In this document: in pieces, positions 17,447-23,472 of the stretch | How positions within the stretch are numbered: the first letter of the stretch is position 1 | Layout: each line of letters begins with the position of its first letter | Origin: Spirochaetia bacterium | GTDB taxonomy: Bacteria; Spirochaetota; Spirochaetia; UBA9216 | Length of the DNA stretch: 23,472 bases | Reading direction: 5' to 3' | Assembly (NCBI GenBank): GCA_965140585.1 | Contig: OZ223271.1 | Span: forward strand, 1 to 23,472 | Notes under the pieces: generated by a model | What the model was told of the DNA's origin: nothing | Database searches by the model: none | What the model saw: the letters and a program-made list of their open reading frames with translations, nothing else | Translations under genes and position numbers: made by a program

Positions 17447-18481
17447 TCAGGGTGAATAGACTGCATCAGTATTTATTGCACCGAAACTTGAACCGCTGGT
17501 AGGTGTTATATGCCAGTCTGCAGAGCTGTCTGTATCCGCAGGGCCTGAGCCCCGGCAGATTGATCTGGTTGCGGTTGAATCATCCGGATTTATCCCGTCT
17601 TCAGGCTTTGGGTAGTCTGTATAGCTGCCTGTGGGTGATTTCCAGCCTTCTTCGGTATATAGCTGAAGTACTTTTTCCAGTGTAGAGCTGCTGCCGAAAC
17701 CGGAATAATCCTCATCTGATGCTGAGGTTCTGTTCGAATACATCACCCCGTCTAAAAGCTTTCCTCCATGTGATGAGTATAGCGTAATTACACCATTGTT
17801 GCCCGACAGGCCTCCCCCTCCTGGGACCCAGAAATCCCTGGCTGTATCTGATGCATCCAGACCTCCGGATTCATCAACAGCTTCCAGTACTTCGTCTGAT
17901 TCTTCGGGTATACCCTGCGGTTTAAAGTGAATTATGATGTAATCTCCGCTATTTACTTCGCAGCTCGGAAACACAAAATTATCATCAGGATCTTCGGGAG
18001 TTCCTTCTATAATCCACATACCGGCGGTGTTTCCGGCAGTTTTTATAAAAAGTTCAACCATATCAGGGTGAGTTGAAGAACCCTGAGTTATGAATTCATT
18101 TATTATTACCTCAGGCAGTCTGGGATTGTAGCCGTAAAAGGGAGCAATGAAAGACATTGAGTTGCCTTTTTCATCGTTGACTGATGCTTCTATGCTGTAT
18201 TGTTTTCCGGGCTCCTGTTTTTCCGGAAATTCTACTGTTAATGTCTCTTCGCTGACGGTGTATGAAGCTTCTCCGCAGTCAGGGCTTATCACCGGGCTGT
18301 TTCCAATTTTGATATTCTCATTGAACAGAAGTTTTATGCCGTTTTCATCTTCGCTGATTATTTCAAGCAGTTCAGGCGGGTAGAGATCTGTATCTGCAAA
18401 ATTTCTCAGATCGGTCACCGGTCCGCATGAAATGATTTGAAGCATGGAAAATAAAGTAGAAAAAACAAGTCCGATTTTCAT
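17447..18481 (-). CDS. Predicted lipoprotein with an Ig-like region and a lamin-tail-domain-like region
   Basis: Signal MKIGLVFSTLFSMLQIISC (lipobox Cys). VIINEF...DMVELF and SICR...DTDSSADW...SSFGAIN are typical of bacterial lamin-tail domains. SD GGGAG. Confidence 0.75.
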   Translation of the reverse strand: MKIGLVFSTLFSMLQIISCGPVTDLRNFADTDLYPPELLEIISEDENGIKLLFNENIKIGNSPVISPDCGEASYTVSEETLTVEFPEKQEPGKQYSIEASVNDEKGNSMSFIAPFYGYNPRLPEVIINEFITQGSSTHPDMVELFIKTAGNTAGMWIIEGTPEDPDDNFVFPSCEVNSGDYIIIHFKPQGIPEESDEVLEAVDESGGLDASDTARDFWVPGGGGLSGNNGVITLYSSHGGKLLDGVMYSNRTSASDEDYSGFGSSSTLEKVLQLYTEEGWKSPTGSYTDYPKPEDGINPDDSTATRSICRGSGPADTDSSADWHITPTSGSSFGAINTDAVYSP

Positions 18482-18535
18482 TTATCTGTACTCCCTGTAA
18501 TTATTTAAATGAAATAATTTCATACAGCTTCATGT

Positions 18536-18563
18536 TTGCATTCAATTTGTTTTGCGATATACT
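18536..18563 (+). promoter_or_regulatory. Sigma70 promoter candidate for glmS
   Basis: TTGCAT-16 bp-TATACT. SD AGAGG before ATG 18596. Confidence 0.55.
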
Positions 18564-18595
18564 TGGAGTAATTATTTTTGTAAAAGAGGCTTTTT

Positions 18596-20419
18596 ATGTG
18601 CGGAATAGTTGGATACTGCGGAGACAGGGATGCTGCCGGAATCCTTGTTGAGGGTTTACGGAGGCTGGAATACAGGGGTTATGATTCAGCGGGAATCAGT
18701 GTCGGAAACGACGGGAAACTTACTGTTATTAAAAGGAAAGGAAAGATCAGTAATCTGCAGGAGATCCTTCCTGATTCAGTTCCAGGGAACTTCGGTATCG
18801 GTCATACCCGGTGGGCAACCCACGGCGAGGTTAATGATACAAACGCCCATCCGCACACTAATACTGCTGGTGATATTACGATTGTTCATAATGGTATCAT
18901 TGAAAATTATATAAGCCTGAGAAACAAACTTGCCGCTGAAGGTGTTGTTTTCAGGACAGAGACCGATTCAGAGGTAATTGCCCACCTGGTAAGTAAATAC
19001 TATGAAGGCGATCTTGAAAAGGCTGTTAAGACTTCGCTTAAGTTTTTGAAGGGAACCTATGGTATTGTAGCTATTCATGCCAATGAGCCTGGCCGGCTGA
19101 TTGGTGCCAGAAACGGTTCTCCGCTGGTTCTTGGAATCGGTGAAGGCGAGATGTTTCTTGCTTCCGATGTAACAGCCATGATGGCATATACCAAACAGGT
19201 TGTTTACATGGAAGACGGCGATGTTGTTGTTGTTGATAAGAACGGTTTCAGGACCACTGATATCCGTGATAATGAGAGAGATAAGCAGGTAAGTACCGTA
19301 GGCTGGGATATTGGTGAGATTGAAAAAGACGGTTTTCCTACATTTATGGAAAAAGAGATCTTTGAACAGCCTGAGTCTATCCTTCGCGGTATGAAGGGAC
19401 GTCTCGATCAGGATCAGGGGACAGCAAAGCTCGGCGGCCTCAATCTTTCAACCAAAGAGCTTCGTGTTGTAAACAGGGTCATAATACTCGCTGCAGGAAC
19501 CTCATATTACGCCTCAATGGTCTGTGCCCATCTGCTTGAAAAGATTGCGAGAATTCCTGCCAGTGCAGAACTGAGTTCTGAAATCAGGTATAAGAATCCC
19601 ATTGTAGAACCGGGAACTCTTTATTTTGTAGTATCACAGTCCGGTGAAACTGCCGACTCTCTTTATGCTATGCGCGAGCTTCAGAGAAAGGGCGCTACGG
19701 TTCTGGGTATATGTAATGTTGTAGGTTCTACAATACCGAGAGAGTCTGACGGCGGTGTTTACATTCACAGCGGTCCTGAAATTGCAGTAGCCTCAACCAA
19801 GGCATTTACTTCCCAGATGACCGCAATGTATATGTTCTCACTCATTATGGCCAGAATGCGCGATATGTCCCTTGAGGACGGTCAGAAGATTGTAAAGGCC
19901 ATGTCTTTAGTGCCGGAGCAGATTAATCAGATTTTTGAACAGCGCGAAGATATTAAAAAGATTGCTGAAAAATATGCCGACTGCACGTCATTTTTCTTCC
20001 TCGGCCGCGGACTTACTTATCCGATTGCTCTTGAAGGAGCTTTAAAGCTCAAGGAGATATCATACATTCATGCTGAAGGTTACTCTGCCGGAGAGCTCAA
20101 GCATGGTCCTATAGCCCTGATAAATGAGGTTACCCCAAGTGTATTTCTTGTTCCCGATGACCAGCTGAGAGAAAAGGTTATCTCTAATATCAAGGAAGTT
20201 AAAGCCAGAAAGGGGCCGGTAATTGCAATAGCGGTTGAAGGTGATGCTGAAGTTGCCGAGATTGTTGATGATGTTATATATGTACCCAAGGCCCATGAAC
20301 TGATGTATCCGTACCTGATGGTTGTTCCTCTTCAGCTATACGCATACTTTACTGCTCTGAAGCTTGAAAGAAACGTAGACCAGCCGAGAAACCTTGCAAA
20401 ATCTGTAACTGTCGAGTGA
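18596..20419 (+). CDS. glmS: Glutamine--fructose-6-phosphate transaminase (isomerizing)
   Basis: MCGIVG N-terminus, LEYRGYDSAG, GHTRWATHG, SQSGETAD, ALKLKEISY, ELKHGP, C-terminal PRNLAKSVTVE. Confidence 0.99.
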   Translation: MCGIVGYCGDRDAAGILVEGLRRLEYRGYDSAGISVGNDGKLTVIKRKGKISNLQEILPDSVPGNFGIGHTRWATHGEVNDTNAHPHTNTAGDITIVHNGIIENYISLRNKLAAEGVVFRTETDSEVIAHLVSKYYEGDLEKAVKTSLKFLKGTYGIVAIHANEPGRLIGARNGSPLVLGIGEGEMFLASDVTAMMAYTKQVVYMEDGDVVVVDKNGFRTTDIRDNERDKQVSTVGWDIGEIEKDGFPTFMEKEIFEQPESILRGMKGRLDQDQGTAKLGGLNLSTKELRVVNRVIILAAGTSYYASMVCAHLLEKIARIPASAELSSEIRYKNPIVEPGTLYFVVSQSGETADSLYAMRELQRKGATVLGICNVVGSTIPRESDGGVYIHSGPEIAVASTKAFTSQMTAMYMFSLIMARMRDMSLEDGQKIVKAMSLVPEQINQIFEQREDIKKIAEKYADCTSFFFLGRGLTYPIALEGALKLKEISYIHAEGYSAGELKHGPIALINEVTPSVFLVPDDQLREKVISNIKEVKARKGPVIAIAVEGDAEVAEIVDDVIYVPKAHELMYPYLMVVPLQLYAYFTALKLERNVDQPRNLAKSVTVE

Positions 20420-20454
20420 CAGCTCGAGTAGTTTTACTATAAACCAGAATCCGG

Positions 20455-20494
20455 AGAAACTGATTCCCATGGATTGGAATCAGTTTCTTTTTTT
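20455..20494 (+). terminator. Rho-independent terminator of glmS
   Basis: 13-bp stem AGAAACTGATTCC / GGAATCAGTTTCT, 8-nt loop, T-run. Confidence 0.92.
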
Positions 20495-20495
20495 A

Positions 20496-20855
20496 TTATT
20501 CCCAAACATCCAGTTTCCGGTTCGTATAATAATACATATAATCCTTTTGCCCAATTTCTCTCACAACTTTGCATGGTACTCCGAATGCTACAACGCTTTC
20601 AGGTATATCATTGGTAACCACACTTCCGGCCCCTATGACAGTATTTTTCCCAATATTTATACAAGGCATTATTTGTGCAGCCTTCGCCAATTTCAGCAAA
20701 TACTTCTTTTAAAAGCTTTTGTCTCTTTTCAATTTCTGTAGGCAATGTCAGATTGTATTCAATCATCTTATTTTGATATATATGCTGATCTCCCAATAAT
20801 TCAGGGTCATCGTATCGGTAAGGTAATCCTTCTTTTTTCTTTTTTTATTATCCAT
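20496..20855 (-). pseudogene. Sugar (maltose/galactoside) O-acetyltransferase pseudogene
   Basis: SD GGAGG and ATG at 20855. MDNKKRK, frameshift in an A-run, then EGLPYRYDDPELL...[11 protein letters not shown], then a jump to C-terminal hexapeptide repeats [36 protein letters not shown] in another frame. The central part is missing. Confidence 0.88.
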
Positions 20856-20991
20856 GGAAAACCCTCCATCAAGTGATTCTTTTCTTATTATTCAGCATAA
20901 AATTATAAAAAATTGAAGAAAAGCAGGCCATAACACAATTTCAACACATTTGATTCTTATCTTCAAGTGAAATTTATACTGGAGGATACAT

Positions 20992-21195
20992 ATGAATGAT
21001 ACAAAGAATCAGATCATGATTTTAAAATTACCGCTGATTGCAGCAGCGTTTTGTTTGTTCTGTCCAATGCTGTTGGAGCCGGAACAATTGAGGAAGATGC
21101 AGCAGCAGTAACATCAGAAGCAGAGGAAACAACTTTGACTCCCAGACAGCAAAGCGTCATCACAATTTCTGCCTTCACAGCTAATGGCAACAGTG
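20992..21195 (+). pseudogene. 5' remnant of a secreted carboxymuconolactone-decarboxylase-family protein
   Basis: SD GGAGG and ATG at 20992, frameshifted signal peptide, then TLTPRQQSVITISAFTANG, recalled as the N-terminal motif of CMD-family proteins. Truncated. Confidence 0.55.
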
Positions 21196-21200
21196 AAAAT

Positions 21201-21296
21201 CCTGCGCTGATAATTGGAACACCCTTCTGAGGAATCAAGGAACAGGGCTTTGTTACAGTTGCCTTCGATGAATCATTTAACGGCGGAAGCGGCGGG
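21201..21296 (+). pseudogene. Internal remnant of an alpha/beta hydrolase (YcjY-like)
   Basis: PALIIGTPF*GIKEQ-GFVTVAFDESFNGGSGG, against the family pattern PAIIVGxPxGGVKEQ...YA..LA..GFVTIAFDxSxxGESGG. In-frame TGA at 21228 and a short internal deletion. Confidence 0.7.
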
Positions 21297-21953
21297 TTTG
21301 CTCTGACTGATTTTGAGATGCTGAAGGAAGGATCTGCATTTGAGAGAGTTCTGCGATACAGATCTGAAACAATAGCTCTGGAAATTGGTATTCCCATCGC
21401 TTATGCTGCTTGAAAAGCCTACATCGTTTTGTAAGAGACTCTTGATCAGCTTCAGACTGATCTGGATATGAACAGAATCCAGCTGATACGACTATCCGTA
21501 ATCCTTACCGTAATATCTGCCGTTATTGCCACACTTCTGTCAACTTATTTTGTGAAGCCTATCAGGATACTGAAGAGAACCGTGGATCTTCTGGCAAAAG
21601 GAGAGCTGGAAGCAATTCCGGGACTCAAATTGAAGGATGAGCTTGGAGATCTCTCTGATTCAGTAGAGGAACTGGGCAAGGCGCTGCAGCGGGTTGATTT
21701 GCTGCATAAAGAGGTAATAGCCAATTTATCACCTGAGTTTCAGTCACCGCTTGCTCTAATATCGGGATATGCCGAGATGGTAAGTGATATACTTGATTAT
21801 TCTCAGCTTCAGGCCGGATATATAAAACTCAAGCGTGACTGGTACAACCTATATGAGAGTGTAGAGGCAGAAAGGGATCACTGCTCACTGGCATCACTAT
21901 CAATATTGAAAGCCCGGCTGAAAATATTCCTATTTTTGCGGTTTTCTTCGTAA
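21297..21953 (+). pseudogene. HAMP-domain sensor histidine kinase remnant
   Basis: TM helix, HAMP (KPIRIL...DELGDLSDSVEEL) and H-box ANLSPEFQSPLALISGYAEMV with His replaced by Pro. Stops at 21411 and 21432 upstream in the same frame, second DHp helix largely missing, no HATPase domain. 5' boundary approximate. Confidence 0.85.
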
Positions 21954-22831
21954 AGAGTTCGCTGTAAAGATCCCTAATATGATGAGAACTGCACTGAATA
22001 AATGAATAATGGTAATTGATTCTTTAAGTACAAAGAATGCAAGCAGGCCTGAAAAAAGCGGGAGAGTATAGTAAATCATCCCGGATTTGCAGGTCCGATA
22101 TTTTCTATCGATTTGCTCCATAAAATAAATGCGATAAGGGATGCGAATATACCAACATACAGAATGGAAAGCTCTGTAGTAGAGTCAAAAGATGTATGAG
22201 GTGAGGCGGCAGCCTTCCATATATAAAAAGGAGAGAGAAAAATCAAGCCGGTGATGAATGTGATCATTTGAAGAGAGAAAACGCTGAGCCCATTCGGTTT
22301 CCGTTTCAGTAAAATACTGTATGCCGCGAATGTGAATGCGGCAATAAGCATCCAGAGATCACCGATGGCAAATGAGATATCCGTCAGTTTTGAGATATCT
22401 CCTTGTGTAACAAGAAGTACTATTCCTGTTACAACAATAATGATTCCAATCAGTTTGTTAACTGTTATAGATTCTTTAAAGAATATCCGGGAAAGAATTA
22501 CTATGAAGATCGGGTTGGTAATTGAGATGAGCGACAGGTTTAAAGCTGTCGTTGTACGGCCTGCAAAATAGATGAGTGTGTTGAATATGGTTATACCGAG
22601 AACTGATGTAATTATAAGATATGGGATATTCTTCTTCAAAATATGCCATTCGGCAATCATCGGTTTCAGACCAAGCGGAAGGAAGAATAATACGGCTGTT
22701 GCCCATCGCCAGAATGCAAGTTCCAGAGGGTGAATGCTGTCACTGAGCCCGCGTGCAATAATGAAATTGCCTGATCATATTACAGTTGCCCCGACTGCAT
22801 ATAAGTATCCCTTCGCGTTTATTTTATTCAT
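21930..22831 (-). pseudogene. EamA/DMT family transporter pseudogene
   Basis: ATG 22831 gives MNKINAKGYLYAVGATVI*SGNFIIARG...LAFWRW, with TGA at 22775-22777 in the conserved IWSGN position. GDLWML, LYVGIFASLIAFILW. Frameshift near 22085. Confidence 0.9.
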
Positions 22832-23068
22832 CTTAAATTAACCCTTGTATATAATGCAGATTGCTGAGCTGAAAATGTATCATATACATGAGAACCAAGG
22901 AAGGCTTGTAAAATTAAAAGTGATACAGGGGTGATTCGGTGGTTTTTTCTGCTTCTTTATCAAAATTAATCCCGCAAACGATGATTACATCAGGGGGTTA
23001 ATTATTCACATGATACAGCGGTTAATTCAGAAAGCCGTACCCCGCTAAACAATTGAAGGATTCCTGAT

Positions 23069-23097
23069 TTCACATAGAATAATTTATCTGATATAAT
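23069..23097 (+). promoter_or_regulatory. Sigma70 promoter with extended -10
   Basis: TTCACA-17 bp-TATAAT with TGn extension (TGATATAAT), 8 nt before ATG 23106. Confidence 0.7.
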
Positions 23098-23105
23098 CAG
23101 TATCA

Positions 23106-23472
23106 ATGAAAAGAAAAATTATCAGTCTGATTGCAGTCCTCCTTTTTTCATATTCAGTTCAGGTTATTGCTGAAGATGACGGGAGTATTGCCGTTCTTGC
23201 CCGAGGACCGGTATATCATGAGGGGATTGAGTTTTTGGATGTTAATGCGCTGCCGTCCCGGTATGGAGAGTATCATGTCGGGGAGGGGACTGTTCGAATT
23301 TACTATACAGAAGAATCGATCTATTTTTCAGAGCTGTGGAAGCGTGCAGAATGTTCCTCTGAATCATATCTTCTGCGTGATTCCGTCAGTGCAGAAAGCC
23401 CGGGAGTTGTCGCTGCAATTGAGGATGATAGAGGCTGGACTGCTTTTCTTGAGTTTTCAGAACCGTCAATAA
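23106..23472 (+). CDS. Secreted hypothetical protein, 3' truncated by window (not in ORF track)
   Basis: MKRKIISLIAVLLFSYSVQVIA-EDDGSIAVLARGPVYHEGIEF... Classic Sec signal peptide, and the frame is open to the window end. Confidence 0.8.
   Translation, partial: MKRKIISLIAVLLFSYSVQVIAEDDGSIAVLARGPVYHEGIEFLDVNALPSRYGEYHVGEGTVRIYYTEESIYFSELWKRAECSSESYLLRDSVSAESPGVVAAIEDDRGWTAFLEFSEPSI

Noticed and set aside
18529-18542. Third LacI operator (TGTTTGCAT) near glmS, and a half-site near 1108
   Set aside because: Half-sites only; the 18536 match is better explained as a -35 box.
18482-18595. glmS ribozyme upstream of glmS
   Set aside because: The intergenic region is only 114 bp, AT-rich and shared with a divergent gene. 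The predicted leader is about 25 nt with no ribozyme core.
20420-20500. Intact Tn7-like end at attTn7
   Set aside because: No terminal TGT end with TnsB-site repeats and no target duplication seen; the glmS terminator is intact. The short TCGAGT echo after the stop is too short to call.
20950-20980. MerR-type promoter TTGATT-19 bp-TATACT before the CMD remnant
   Set aside because: No convincing dyad in the spacer, and the -10 directly abuts the SD. It cannot be supported in a decayed region.
20-22706. Numerous short overlapping or antisense ORFs in the track (e.g. 20..466, 2046..2504, 10410..10799, 12439..12849, 21014..21397)
   Set aside because: They are shadows of well-supported genes or pseudogenes, with no SD, motifs or protein-like features.
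21228-22777. Possible TGA recoding (TGA at a Trp site in EamA and at a Gly site in the hydrolase)
   Set aside because: Intact genes (glmS, GH65, FGGY kinase) end in TGA and use TGG for Trp. The same remnants also carry frameshifts, deletions and a TAA stop, so these are nonsense mutations.
23131-23472. 113-aa ORF from the track
   Set aside because: Shadow frame with a TTG start and no SD; the 23106 frame has a signal peptide and promoter.

Overview
Bacterial chromosomal window, probably from a free-living spirochaete; this is inferred from the 'AGGSQE'-type solute-binding protein leader, the IISC lipobox and the gene content. In order it holds: the 3' end of a type III glutamine synthetase; a LacI-regulated alpha-glucoside (probably trehalose) operon (lacI, GH13, ABC binding protein, two permeases, GH65 phosphorylase); a 310-aa unknown with faint NDP-kinase-like motifs; a sigma54-type hsp20 divergent from a DEAD-box helicase; an FGGY kinase resembling animal glycerol kinase 5; a pdxK-HAD phosphatase pair; a helical hypothetical protein; a lamin-tail-like lipoprotein; glmS; about 2.4 kb of decayed, deletion-fused gene remnants right after glmS; and the start of a secreted protein that the ORF track missed. 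The most notable signals are: an exact 17-bp copy of the LacI-type operator inside the first codons of the GH13 gene; several genes with -10 boxes 6-8 nt before the ATG and no SD (leaderless architecture); a sigma54 promoter with phased upstream palindromes for hsp20; the GK5-like kinase; the NDK-like unknown; and apparent microhomology deletions in the post-glmS remnants. No CRISPR array, RNA gene, intact mobile element or defence system was seen. All family assignments come from motif recognition by eye, not database searches.
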